Positions 13,883 through 27,150 of a stretch of 64,000 bases of DNA are shown piece after piece. Each line of letters opens with the position of its first letter. The first letter of the stretch is position 1. The stretch is from NCBI GenBank assembly GCA_030264375.1, contig JASCQW010000001.1, forward strand, positions 112,170,318-112,234,317. The letters run 5' to 3'. Under the pieces are notes generated by a model. That model saw only the letters and a list, made by a program, of their open reading frames with translations. It made no database searches and was not told the origin of the DNA. The DNA is from Carcharhinus longimanus (lineage: Eukaryota). A program made the position numbers and the translations under genes.

Positions 13883-14066
13883 NNNNNNNNNNNNNNNNNN
13901 NNNNNNNNNNNNNNNNNNNNNNNNNNNNNNNNNNNNNNNNNNNNNNNNNNNNNNNNNNNNNNNNNNNNNNNNNNNNNNNNNNNNNNNNNNNNNNNNNNNN
14001 NNNNNNNNNNNNNNNNNNNNNNNNNNNNNNNNNNNNNNNNNNNNNNNNNNNNNNNNNNNNNNNNNN

Positions 14067-14212
14067 GAAACATTCAGCAGGTCAGGGAGCATTCTGTCGA
14101 GAGAGAAAAATCGAGTTCATTTACCTGAAATGTTAACTCTGTCTCCTGACCTGAATATTTTTAGCATTTTTTCCCTTTTATTTCCAGCTTCTGCAGTATT
14201 TTGCTTCTGTAG
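14067..14212. mobile_element. Penelope-like fold-back fragment
   Basis: cattcagcaggtcagggag ... ctcctgacctgaatatttttagcatttt: imperfect inverted arms. Confidence 0.5.
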
Positions 14213-16050
14213 TTTGTTCAGGACATGTATTCAGGAATGTGGTGCCATGAAGGGTTTAAAAATAGGCCAATTATTTTTTTTCTGAAAAGTGAGGCTTGCA
14301 AAGATTTGCAACGGCAAAACTCTTTTGGGTACTTTAATAATGCTGGATAACGAGATAAATAATTGAGGACAGTTTGTTTCCTTACTCATGTCATGCTAGC
14401 AGTTTTTTTTCCCAGTTTGACCTTGTAGTTGGGAAGATGAATCGACAATTACTGCATAGCCTGTCAGGATTCTGACATTGCAATGGTGAGTGTGTATAAT
14501 ATATGCACGGAGGGGGGTTTCATCTTGTGCTGAAGCCAGGAGGCAGCAAACTGTCAATCTCACAGTCAAGCTAAAACTCATTACAGTTTTGCAATGGCTC
14601 ACGGTGTGATGGATGTTCCGATAAATTCCATTAATCTGTGTAGCTACACCTGGGCTTGCTTATTGGAAATGAGCATTTTGGTAATTCCTGTAATAGAGAC
14701 AGGTTTGCGGATTTCAAGCACTGATGTAAACTGGACAAATATCTTGAGTGCTTTGTTATTTTGTGGTAATTTTTGATTTTGATTTTTAAACTTGTGTGTA
14801 TCATGTAAGTCAAGTGCATTAAGAAATTTAAGGCCCACCCATTCTTCCACTGACTGTGGTGTAAACTTCAAATATCAGTTGGTTAGGATAACTCAGTGGT
14901 GGAGGAATGGAAGCAGTCGGTTTTGGTTCTCGTTCCCCTTAATGACAGTATATTTTATCAGCCAGTCTGCTCAATGCAGTGCCAACTGAGATTAGTAACT
15001 CTGAACTCTGGCAGATGGCCTCAAGTGATATCCCAAGGGCCATCTGTCTAGTTTTTTTTCTTCTTTTGGTTCTGAATGTTTGGCTTCTAAAATAACACTT
15101 TAACCAAGTTAAATACTGGAGCCAAGCCAGAGGAAGTGTCAAGTGCCTGAATCGTGCAGCTGAGTGCAGTGAAATGAGAATTATTTCACCCCAAGTTTAA
15201 GGATAAAATTGGTAGCAGCCTGAATAATAAACTGGAGCCTGTTTTAATGCTGTTAAATTAGCATGTAGAAGTGTTTATTTTGTAACTGTAAAGTACTGAT
15301 GTGTAAGTTTTTTTATTTTACCCATTTATATAAACTTCCTGTTTTGTTTTAATACACTATGCATTTATGTAGTGTTTTCTCGCATCTTGGGGTTGCCTCC
15401 AAAGACCTCACGTTGTTGATATCTGCAGTGATACAACATAGAACCAGCAACCATTTTACATATGGTAAAATCCTATAAAAGTAGTGAGGTGATCGACTTT
15501 TATAGGGGAGATCACTCCAGCAATGTTTGTCAAGCTGGCTGCTAATGCATACTGAAACGATAGGTGTGTGACTGGGGTGGTATTGCGTCAGAGTCAACGA
15601 CCAAGTGCAATGGCAGCATTTGATCACGTGTGTGCAATAAGGGGCCTGAAAAAACAAAACTGACGTTAGTGGGAGTCAGAAGAGGAAAACCTCCACTGGA
15701 TAGAATCCCACCTGGCACAAAGGAAGATAGTTGTAATGGTTGGAAGTCAATCACCTCAGTTCCAGGACATCAGTGTAGGAGACTGACGTGTAAAGCTAAA
15801 GAAACGTCCGTTCTGTTTCTCCCTACTCCCTCAAAATTTTATTCTGTCTTCAAACATGCTAGAACAAAGCACATCCTTTTACATAGCGTGTGCACAATTT
15901 TGCCACCTCTCACACCTCAACCACAACCTCAGACAAGAGGTGTGTGAGATAGTTGATGCTGCAGATTTCACATTTTGAGAAGATCTTGAATCGCAGTGGC
16001 ATCAGAAGCCAAAATACATTTGGAGTCCTTTCTCAATCAAGAAATCAATT

Positions 16051-16233
16051 TGGCTGGATTTTCCAGCCCTTCCTGCCGGCGAGATCTTCCAATCCCACTG
16101 ATATGAACAGAAGATTCAAGATATGCAGTTGCCAGTGTTGGACAAGGGTACGCACAGTAAATAGTAAATTCAATGGTCCGTTGCCTCTGCCACTGCGAAA
16201 CCCACAGCAGGGGAGGTTGGAAAATTCCAGCCA
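16051..16233. mobile_element. MITE with short TIRs (Harbinger-like)
   Basis: tggctggattttcc ... ggaaaattccagcca near-perfect terminal inverted repeats; TSD not clear. Confidence 0.55.
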
Positions 16234-16424
16234 AAGTAACTATGCCAAACTAGCTAAAAATAGTCAAGTTTCCAAACAAAAATGAGACCCTTTCTCTACA
16301 GCAATTACAGAACAGATTTACCTTGTACTAACTTTCAGATATTGCCCAAATACATAAGTAGATCCCAAATGCACTTTTTTATCTTTCATTTTGCAGAGCT
16401 AATGGCAAACTCACCAGTGATTAG

Positions 16425-17441
16425 AGTCATACCTGGCACAAAGGAAGGTGGTGGTGGTTGTGGTTATTGGAGATCAATCATCTTAGTTCCAGTGCATCAC
16501 TGCAGGAGTTCCTCAGGGCAGTGACCTAGGCCTAACCATCTTTAGCTGCTTCATCACTGATCTTCCATCATAAGGTCAGTGGTGGGGATATTCACTGATG
16601 ACTGCACAATGTTCAGGACCACTTGCAACTCCTCAGATATTATAGCAGTCCATGTCAAAATGCAGCAAGACCTGGACAAAATCCAGGCTTTAGTTGACAA
16701 CTGGCAAGTAGCATTTGTGCCACACAAGTGCCAGATGCAAATCCCCAGTTAGAGAGAAAGTAACCATCATGCCTTGACATTCAATGACATTGCAATCATT
16801 GAATCCCCCACTGTCAACATCCTCATGGTTACCATTGACCAGGAACTGAACTGGACTAACAATGTAAATACTGTGGCTACATGAGTAGGTCAGAGGCTAC
16901 GAATCGTGCAGCAGGTCACCACCTGCTTGCCCAATACCTGCCCAGCATCTACAAGACAAAGGTCTCGTATGATTGAATACTGTGCATTTGCCTGGATGAA
17001 TACTGCTGCAACAGCACTCATCCAGGACAAAGCAGTCCACTTGAGTGATACCCCTTCCACAAACATTCACTTCTGCACCACCAACAAACCACTGCAGCAG
17101 TGCCTGCCATCTACAACATGCAGTGCAGAAACTCACCAAAGCTCCTTGGGCAGCACCTTCTAAACCTATGATGCTACCATCTAGAAAGACGAACGTTGCA
17201 GATACCTGGGAAAAGCATCACCTGGAAGTTCCCCTCCGTCACTCACCATCCTGACTTGGAAATGTATTGCTGAGTCAAAATCATGAAACTCCCCCCCTCA
17301 CGGTGCTGTGGATGTACTTGCACCTTATGGACTGCAGCAATTCAAGAAAACAGCTCACCACCACCACCACCTCAAGGGTGACTAGGGATGGGCAAAAAGT
17401 GCTGGCCTAGCGAGAACACCCACATTCTGTAAATGAATAAA
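16425..17441 (+). mobile_element. CR1/L2-group LINE, RT to 3' tail, decayed
   Basis: GVPQGSDLG..FSCFITDL and FTDDC motifs; tail ctagggatgggcaaaaagtgctggcc..cacattctgtaaatgaataaa. A related fragment lies at about 15360-15780. Confidence 0.8.
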
Positions 17442-19329
17442 GACAATGCCAATCTGAATAATAGAGGAACAGAATTTTGTTGCTGATGTGATTCAAATTA
17501 TAGCAGTTCTGGAAAGAAGCATTTTAATACAGTTCTTTTTAATGTGTGATAGTATTGTAGTATTTTGTGAATATTTGTGAAGCAAACGCCCTGGCCCAGA
17601 AATTACAGCACGTGTTTGTTAGAAAACTGTGCATCTGAAGACCCAGACTGAACCNNNNNNNNNNNNNNNNNNNNNNNNNNNNNNNNNNNNNNNNNNNNNN
17701 NNNNNNNNNNNNNNNNNNNNNNNNNNNNNNNNNNNNNNNNNNNNNNNNNNNNNNNNNNNNNNNNNNNNNNNNNNNNNNNNNNNNNNNNNNNNNNNNNNNN
17801 NNNNNNNNNNNNNNNNNNNNNNNNNNNNNNNNNNNNNNNNNNNNNNNNNNNNNNNNNNNNNNNNNNNNNNNNNNNNNNNNNNNNNNNNNNNNNNNNNNNN
17901 NNNNNNNNNNNNNNNNNNNNNNNNNNNNNNNNNNNNNNNNNNNNNNNNNNNNNNNNNNNNNNNCTTCCTCCCTCCTCCTCCCACTCCCCTCCCTCCAACA
18001 TCAGCATTGAAAGTACTGTCAAGAGTACCTAGCTTCAGCAATTAGACTGTTCTATCTTAGTTGTACAGTGCAAACTAAATGCTGCCTTGTAGTTTCCTTG
18101 ATATTTGATTTACTTCATTGACTGCTAACTGGTTCAGTGGCTTTATGTAATCTTGTCATTTAAGCTACAATATTGGATTTTTTGATCCAAATCTGCACCA
18201 GATGGTAAAAGTATCCATGTATTTGCTGTATTTTGTACAGAATGACAGGTACCGCTTTGTTTTGAATTTCTGCTTTTTTACATTTTGAACATGATGTTTG
18301 GATGTCTCCTTGTGCTACCTCTAAGGGTTTACTTACAAGCCTTTGTTATGTATCTTGCCCTTGTCCATGTAGCAAACTACAAAGTGGTACAAACGTTTTC
18401 AGCAGCTGCAGTGGACTGGTCTCACAAACATCAGTGAATTTACAGAAGGAGCACATGCAGTGACAAATACCTAAAATCCACAACTGCATGAAAGTTACTT
18501 GGAACGGAGTTCTTTGTAAATGTAGTGTGATCACTGGTATTTATGTACCTGAAATTCAAGTAGCAACATTTGTTTATAAATAGCAACTTAATATAAATTG
18601 GTGTGGGAGCATGTGATTTCAGAATTCACTTTGGCCAATTACAGAATTTGATTTTGTGCTGGTAAATTAAGTCTAGTACATATATTGTGTGCCTGAAATG
18701 GTTTATTGTTGCATGGTAGCAGCATAATTGGATTTCCGATAACCTCATTGATTACAAAACGAAATCTAAGTAGCATGGAAGCTAGATTTGTTAATGCCTT
18801 TAACATCTCCTCCGATTCGTTCACTGTTGCTGAATGGCTGCACTTTAACGTACAGTCCTGACTTTGTCGTCTATTTTGCTTTTGTGTTAACCTTCCCCAT
18901 TGCATATTGCCGTATCCACATTTCTCGTTAAGATTTTTCTGTCAATTGATCACCGACACAATATATTTACAGGCTCTGCCAATGAGACAGTTCTATCCAT
19001 TTAACCACAAGTCTCTTGATACCTTTTGAAAAAAGTTGTCTTTTTAGTAATTACAAATTTATAATTTTCAAAATAATGTCCAAAATTAGAAGTACATTTC
19101 ATACCAAAATGATTAAATTCAAACACTTCAATTCATTGTTTATTCTGTCCCTTAATATCATCATACGTTTTTAACAAAGTACGGCCTGGACTCTTCCAAA
19201 GGCCTGGACTTGGGACTTGGTGTGACATAGCTGAATGCTTTCTGTGCAAATTCAGTGCAGTGAATTACCCTTTATATATTTGGTAAAACTTTAACTAAAT
19301 GCAATTTATTATTTTGTATCAGTCTGTTT

Positions 19330-19716
19330 AAATTTTATTTATTAGTGTCACAAGTACGCTTNNNNNNNNNNNNNNNNNNNNNNNNNNNNNNNNNNNNNNN
19401 NNNNNNNNNNNNNNNNNNNNNNNNNNNNNNNNNNNNNNNNNNNNNNNNNNNNNNNNNNNNNNNNNNNNNNNNNNNNNNNNNNNNNNATGAAGTTATTGGG
19501 AAAATCCCCTAGTTGCCACATTCCAGCACCTGTTCGAGCACAGTGAGGAAAAATTTAGCATGGTCAGTGCACCTAACTAGCCCATCTTTGGACTGAGAGG
19601 AAACCCATGCAGACACGGAGAGAACGTGCAAGCTTTGCACATACAGTGACCCAAGCTGGGAATTGAACCCAGGTCCCTGGCGCTGTGAGGTAGCAGTGCT
19701 AGCCACTGTGCTGCCA
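19330..19716 (-). mobile_element. V-SINE tail type B, interrupted by a gap
   Basis: Same head and tail as 1722-2029. Confidence 0.8.
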
Positions 19717-21092
19717 TTCAGCTTATTTAAAAAAAATTACTCAGTTGCTTTTTAAATTTTCAGAAATTTTATTCAGGTTAAATGTTTATATTTATTTTGT
19801 GTATTTACTCATTTGAGTTAATTCTTCAATAGTTTGAAGATACCAAAGAATGTACCCCAGCTGTTTGCTCACAAGAATATGAAATTATAAAATGTCCTAA
19901 ATAGTAACACCTGTGAGATTGACACAGCCACACATATATTGCCTCAGTAAATATATTATCATTTTCATATAACTATGTATGAGAATAATGCAGATGAAGA
20001 GAAACATATTACATGCCAAGGAGCTAATTTATTAGAAAGTCAGAAGCCAGTGTTGCCAGCCAGTTTACTTCTCCTCGCCTTACTTCTGTCAGACAACAGG
20101 AAGCCACCTACTTGCATCACATTTCCAGCTGTCAAATTCCATGTGCTCTCAAACCCCTGCTTCTCCCTCCACATTGATGCCAAATCACAGGGCCTTCCCA
20201 GCAGCACTACCACAGAGCTCCACCACAGATTTGCCATTGGCAGGATTGCATCAACCTTATGTCAAAGTACATTTTGGATAAATCAAACAATCAATTAAAC
20301 TAAATCAAAATAAACTGAGGGGCAGGTTAAAAGGGGCAGCCCCTGCCTGAAACAAAAAGCAAATCACAAATGAAACTTCATAAAACCAAAAGGTGATTAA
20401 GAGGGTCAGTTGCCCTCAAGTGCATTTGGTGTAATTTAGCTGATCTCAGGTGGTACAGGGGGGAATTTCAGTTGACGTGGTGGTTTCGGGAAATGGGAAC
20501 AGTCAAGTGTGTTTCCTGTTTTTGGTTGTTCGGCGGTGACTCCTGCTGAGAAGGTCCTTTTTAATCAATTGAGACCAGTGTCTCTCTCTATTCTCTTCCA
20601 CTCCTTGCACTCACTGAGAGTGATGGTCTAGACCAGAGGTGGCCACCTTTATGCAGCTGGTGAAGGAAAATTATATCTGATCAAGAACAGCAAATGTTCA
20701 AGGCCAGAGAGTAATTGCTCAGTGTCAAAAGCGAGTGCTCAACAGAGTCATTTAATGTTCAGGATACAGACTGCATGGCATGCCATTACATTCAATAACT
20801 TTATATTAAAAAAAATCTCTGATAGGAACATGCTCAGTGTGGCCTGGCAATTTTGTTTTGCAACATTGTTACACCTTAAATTATAATTACTTTCTTTAAA
20901 TAGAAGGTTGCTAATATACAAAAACTGTATTAATGGGCAACACATTATCATGGCATTTAATCCCTGATTATGAACTAGTTGTGGAAGCAGATTTAATAGT
21001 AATTTTCAAAAGGGAATTGGGGCAAATACTTGCCAAGGAGAAATTTGCTGGCATTTGGGGAAATAGCAGGTGAGTACAACTAATTGAGTAAT

Positions 21093-21403
21093 GGGGTGGC
21101 ATTGTGGCATAGTGGTTAGCAGTGCTGCCTCACAGCGCCAGGGGCCTGGGTTCAATTCTGGACTTGAGTGACTGTCTGTATGGGTTTCCAGTGGATGCTC
21201 CATTTTCCTCCCATAGTCCAATGATGTGCAGGTTAGGTGGATTGGCCAGACTAAATTGTCCCTTTGTCTCACAATATGTAGGTTAGATGGATTCATATGG
21301 GAAATGTGAGAGGTAACAGGAATAGGGTGGAGGAAGGAGAACTGGGTAGGATGTGCTTTTGGGCTGAATGGCCTTTTCTGCACTGTAGGAAGACTCTGAT
21401 TCT
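21093..21403 (+). mobile_element. HE1-like V-SINE type A
   Basis: gtggcatagtggttagcagtgctgcctcacagcgccaggggcctgggttcaattct; CR1-type tail gggctgaatggccttttctgcactgtagg. Confidence 0.85.
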
Positions 21404-21544
21404 TTCAAGAGACCAACAAAGACAAAATGGTTTGTATGGTTCAATAAAACCATATTCTTATTCTTACTCTTCACATAATCAGTATGATCTGTGTTATTTT
21501 TGCTCGCTTGAACAGTAATACGTTTGCATTACCAAAACAAGACC

Positions 21545-21660
21545 TGATGTGGAGATGCTGGTGTTGGATTTGGGTGGGCACAGTAAGAAGTCTGTCAAGT
21601 TCAACAGGTTTATTTGGTATCATGAGCTTTTGGAGTGCTGCTCCTTCATCAGGTGAGGAT
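21545..21660 (-). mobile_element. Penelope-like terminal repeat with a decayed hammerhead motif
   Basis: Minus strand CCTGATGAAGGAGCAGCACTCCAAAAGC; same family as the insertion at 57379-57471. Confidence 0.6.
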
Positions 21661-22188
21661 TCAGGTGTGCCCAAACAAGTCAAGCCTAGTAATGAACGTT
21701 TCTTGTGATAGCCTTTCCTGTTTTTCTCTGTTTTCTTGAAATATAATCCTGTACGCAAAAGTAACAGCTCTGATTTGTGCATCATTCAGAACAGGTCTGC
21801 CTGGAAACAGATAAGGACACAGAAAAAAAATTAGAAATCGGTTGAGAAAAAGTAGTCACATGCAATTGTTGTCTCTTTTAGAACAGTTTTATTCTATTGC
21901 CGTTATTGTGAATTTAATCATTTTTCACTGAAAAGTTGTAACTTCTATAAGAACAGAGAACTTCAACTTTTCTTAGCATTGTAGAGGTTAACTAGAAATC
22001 TTACTTATAGCTGTTTTTGTTCCATCTTTAGCATCATTGAATTGAAAATACTGAAAATGTGTTCAATGCTTGCGTCCCTCTGAATTTACTGCTATGTTGG
22101 TATTTTTTATGAAACTTCATGTAATCATCAGTGAGAAGTGTGAAGTTCAAGCAAACTTAGACTATGCAAGCACACTGTGCATGTAGAT

Positions 22189-22426
22189 AAAAGCAAAATA
22201 CTGTTGATGCTGGAATCAAAGAAAAACAGGAAATGCTGGAAAATCTCAGCAGGTCTGATGGTATCTGTGGAGAGAGAATCGAGCGAATGTTTTGAATCTG
22301 AATTACCCTTTGTCAGAGCTGCACGGATCTCTGACCAAGGGTCATCCACATTCAAAACATTGACTCTATTCTCTCTCCACAAATGTGGTCAGACCTGCTG
22401 AGATTTTCCAGCATTTCCTGTTTTTA
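22189..22426. mobile_element. Penelope-like tail-to-tail fold-back element
   Basis: 97-bp inverted arms (22222-22318 and 22329-22425), outer 37 bp perfect, 10-nt loop. Confidence 0.75.
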
Positions 22427-23604
22427 CTGCGCGCTGTGTCTATGTTCAGGTCACATAACCTATCTCTCAATTGCAGATTTTTTTTCTCGGATGCCAACAA
22501 CATGTTTGCAAGAAAGGACAGATCCAAAATTTGGAGGTTCTGCCAATTTTTTCTTTCATGAGAGCTTTCATAGCACAAAAACAAGAGTGATTACTTTTCC
22601 GGGAGAAAGTGAGTGTATTACATAATGAGGTGTAAGATCAAAAAGAATATTTTCATCCATCTAACTCTTTAATCTGATTTTTACATTTCCTTTGTTTAAG
22701 CTTGAGTTTCATTGACGTTAGCAGTCTCAAAAGAGTGCTTGTAACGTGCTTTGGGACATTGGCTATTCAGGATGAATAATGCAATGGAAATGTAGAGAAT
22801 TGAAAGAAATTGCTCTGAGCTTTATAATCGTTCACTAACCCACGTTCTGATCTTGACATTACTGGCATGTTATATGTAACAAGCATACCTAGCTAAGGTG
22901 TCGTGGCTTTCTGAATAATTGACGTCAGGGAATTTGATAGTTGCACCTTGGGTTTAATATTTTAGCCAACAAGCAGTTCTTCCATTATAGTGCAGTCATC
23001 GGGCACTGTAACACTGGCTGAGACTTGCCCTGAGTATCACAAGTCATGTCTAGGTGAGCAATAAGTATGCACCTCTCTGGATATCTGAACAAAGCTGTGA
23101 TTCAACATCATTACTTGGATCTGAGATTCAGTATTCTGACTGTGCGTTGAAGCTGTCGCAGAGCTGAAAATGGCTCTGCAGTGTATTATTATCCTGGTGT
23201 AGAATTGCTGTAATATCATGGACTCATTTTCAAATTTGCCCTGTTATTCTTAACCACTTCTTGCGCATTGCTTTTCTTTTTGACTGCATTTTTACAAATA
23301 AAGTATTTTTTATCCCTTGCCCGTTTTAAATGAACTGCCAACCTGGTGTCAATCTACTCCTGTTTATAAACTGCTCTTGCTCTGAAAATGGCACCTTCCA
23401 CTGAGTGCAGTAATTGTTATTGTTGGAGCTAACCAGAAGAATGCACTGCTTTACATAGTTAAGAAGGAAGATTATTAATTGGTGAGCACAGGAGCCACAT
23501 GCAACTAACTCTGCTGGTCTCGGTTCCCCTCATGAAATGACCTTTTAGGCAAGGTACCCAAGAGTACCAGATGGCCATGAAACAAAACTCACTGTGATGG
23601 TCTT

Positions 23605-23905
23605 TTAGAATCATAGAATCCCTACAGTACAGAAGGAGGCCATTCAGCCCATTGAGTTTGCACTGACAAGAATACCATCCAGGCCTTATTCCCATAATCC
23701 CACATATGTACACTGCTAATCCCCCTGACACTCGGGTGAATTTAGCACAGCCAATCCACCTAACCTGCACATCGTTAGAGTGTGGGAAGAAACTGGAGCA
23801 CCCGGAGGAATGTGCAAACTCCACACAGACAGTGACCCGATGCAGGAATTGAACCCAGGTACCTGGTGCTGTGAGGCAGCAGTGCTAATCACTGTGCCAC
23901 CCCAT
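23605..23905 (-). mobile_element. HE1-like V-SINE type A
   Basis: Head, V-domain and CR1-type tail as at 7490-7812. Confidence 0.85.
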
Positions 23906-24126
23906 GAGGACAAGAGGAAAAACAAATCACATTGTAATTACCATAAATTATGTTGCGTGCAAAAAAATTCAAATCTTTCTTGCATATGATAACACATTAG
24001 CAATATCCAATCTGCTGTCACATCCCCCATAATTAGGAAAGATTGGAAGGTTATTGCAAGCTCTTCCAGTAACTCCACCCCCATTTCTTTTAGTAAATTA
24101 ACGTGCAAACCATCAAGTGAGTTTCT

Positions 24127-24422
24127 AAAGTTTATTTATTTATTAATCACAAGTAGGCCTACATTAACACTGCAATGAAGATGCTGTGAAAATCCCTTAG
24201 TTGCCACACTCTGGCACCTGTCTGGGTGCACTGAAGGAGAATTTAGCATGGCCAGTGCACCTAACTGGCACATCTTTTGGACTGTGGGTGGAAACCGGAG
24301 CACCCGAAGGAAATCCACACAGATACGGGGAGAGCGTGCAAACTCCGCGCAGAGACCAAAGCTAGGAATCAAACCTGGATCCCTGGTGCTCGGAGGCGGC
24401 AGTGCTAACCACTGTGCCACCA
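24127..24422 (-). mobile_element. V-SINE type B
   Basis: As 1722-2029. Confidence 0.85.
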
Positions 24423-26164
24423 AGACTTATCCACTCTTAAGTATAGCCGGTATATTAAGTATTTCCAGTGCCACCTTCTCCTCAGTTTTCAACCTATCCA
24501 TTAGCTCCACCATAGACACTTTACCAATATTTTACCAGCTTTCTCTTCCTTGGGAAACACCAATGCAAAATACTCATTCTCGTCTCGGTCTGCTCTTCTG
24601 AGCACACGTCACCCTCTTTGTGCCAGGGAAGGTTTCACTCTCCCTTGTATTACCCACTTGCTACCTCAATGCTGGTACAGTATGTTTGAGTTCCTTTATA
24701 TGTTTGTGATGGACGTATGCAATTCATCACAACTTTTGATGCTTACACAAAATACAGTTTGAAAATGTCTTTTTAAAATTTATCCTTGCATGGAAAGTGG
24801 GCATTGCTAGCAATGCCAGTGTTGAAAATGTTTTAAAATTTATTCACAATAACTGTTGACAGCATTTCTGTCATTTGCCCATAGGAGGGAAATTGAGGGT
24901 TAGCTTTACAGGGCCAGAATGAGTGAAGATAAAGGGAAGCAGAGTGCTTACGGGAACTAAAAAGGAATAAGCATTTGGAAACAAGTGTGCATAGTTCTAC
25001 ATTTCTGGCCTCAATGCTGTTCCCCTACATGGAGGATGCTGGCTAATCAGTACATTTTGAAATTGTCAGTTTTGCTGAATTTAAATGTCAGGCTGTTAAA
25101 ATGGGCCTTGTTTTGATATTTATCTTTACACAGTTGACCTTTTAAAAACAAAAGTAAATCATAATGGTGGATATAACTAGCATAGCTTGAAACATTACAT
25201 GTCAAATACATATTTATGTCTTTGGAAGTTTAACTCATTTCCTTTGAAGCTTGAAGAACGCAGCTGGTGTTATTAAGCTGTACCTGAAAGATGTCAAAGC
25301 TGTCTTTAGAGTATGCATAAACTTCTTTTGCTTAAGAAACTGTGGATGGATTTACTGCTGGGAGGAAATTTTAGGTGAAATTACAGAAGAGACGGGAGCT
25401 AAGGCAGCACTCTCAGTACAAAAGTAACAAAAAGTATTATTGTGTTGTTGCAGCTTTGCAGTCTGGTTACACGAAAGTATCAAGTCTCATTGCTTCAAAT
25501 TAAGAAGCAAAAAGAACTTCTTGGCAAAAGGCATTTAGATTTGCTGTGCTGGTAAATAAACAACAAATTGGTTTCTAACCAATTTGGCGTTTGGTATGAA
25601 AAACTGTATCCTTCAGTTGTTCAAAATGTAACAAAATAAGTATTTCAGTAATGTGGTCATTCCAATATATTCACATGGTTTTAAACCATAAATTTATCCT
25701 GCCCTCTTAATGTTGGAATTAACCATACCAAAAGGTTGTGGATGATGGACCAGATAAAAGTTTCAAGCTTGATTCGTCAGACAAAGATATGTAGATCAAA
25801 GGTGGATAATTGGAGGTGAACTTGTGCTTACTTTTTTAACGTGGCATTTATGACGTAGGGTTTTTTTTTTGGAGATTGATCAGTATAAGATCATTTTGAA
25901 GAGTTGAATAATTAACTTATTTCACTGCTAAATTTACAAACTTGATCTGAGCAAAAATCAAGGATTTCATCCTAAAGTTACATTATTCGATGGTGAGGAC
26001 AAGTGGTAATTGCCTTTTTTACATCTGCTTTGAATTAGTGAAGCGTTGGAAATGCTAATCTAGTAAAATACATTTTACTGGAGCTTGATTTTGGTTCTAA
26101 GAAGTTTGTTGGTATTGCTACTTTTAGTTATTAGTAATTTATTTTTTAAATGATGCCTGTAATT

Positions 26165-26476
26165 ACATAGAACATAGAACATAGAACATTACAGCGCAGA
26201 ACAGGCCCTTCGGCCCACGATGTTGCGCCGACCAGTTNNNNNNNNNNNNNNNNNNNNNNNNNNNNNNNNNNNNNNNNNNNNNNNNNNNNNNNNNNNNNNN
26301 NNNNNNNNNNNNNNNNNNNNNNNNNNNNNNNNNNNNNTCAACTGACAAGTCCTCATCAAACTTTCTCTCCGACACTGTGATACAGTCCTTGACTAGCAAT
26401 GCTACCCCACCCCCTCTTCTACCTTCATCTCTACTCCGACTAAAGCATTTGTACCCCGGAACCTGCAACAACCATT
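26165..26476 (-). mobile_element. Young CR1 LINE, mostly hidden in a gap
   Basis: The 3' tail repeat (acataga)n is on the left and endonuclease-region sequence WLLQVPGYKCFSRSRDEGRRGGGVALLVK on the right; 9-bp TSD CCTGTAATT at 26156-26164 and 26477-26485. Confidence 0.85.
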
Positions 26477-26964
26477 CCTGTAATTGTCTAACCAGGAAGC
26501 CAAGCATCTTTTGGGAGAATCTGCTGAACTGAGAGTTTTGTTGGATATTTAGAGAATTGTTAGTTCATTGGAAACAGGGAGAAATTTTCTGCTTCTGCAT
26601 TTTCAGTCTGCGTGAGGAACACATCCCAAAAAATGGTAGGCAGCAGCCAGCAATTTTCCTACTAAAATTAATACAAATTTGTGGACTGGAGGTGTACTTT
26701 TCCCCAAAATATGTGCTCCTGTCAAATATTAGGAACAGGGGAGCAAATAATCATTTCTCTTTTTGATTCTTAAATTGCTTTATTTTGAGCAGATGGGAAA
26801 AGGAACAATACATTTGACAAGCATTTGGAGCAGTTAACACACTTTCAATTTCTTAAAAAAAAAGCTTGTAGAAAAAGTCAATTATTTTTGCAAAACAAAT
26901 TTATGGGTAAGTTCGCTTATCAAATTTACATTTTCCACCCTCTTAACTTCTAAATTATAAATAC

Positions 26965-27150
26965 AAAGATGTGTGGATTAGGTGGATTGACCATTAGTTT
27001 TTCCTTAGTTTCATTAATTGCTCCTTAGTTTCAGGAGGATTAGCTAGGGTAAATACGTGGCATTACGGGGATAGGGCCTGGGGTGGGATTGTTGTTGGTG
27101 CAAGCTCAATGGGCTAAATGGCCTCCCTCTGCACTGTAGGGATTCTATGA
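26965..27150 (+). mobile_element. 5'-truncated V-SINE type A
   Basis: gatgtgtggattaggtggattgacc...aatggcctccctctgcactgtagggattctatga. Confidence 0.75.

Noticed and set aside
16254-16263. Perfect MEF2 site CTAAAAATAG
   Set aside because: A single 10-mer in 64 kb of AT-rich DNA, with no clustering or conservation evidence.
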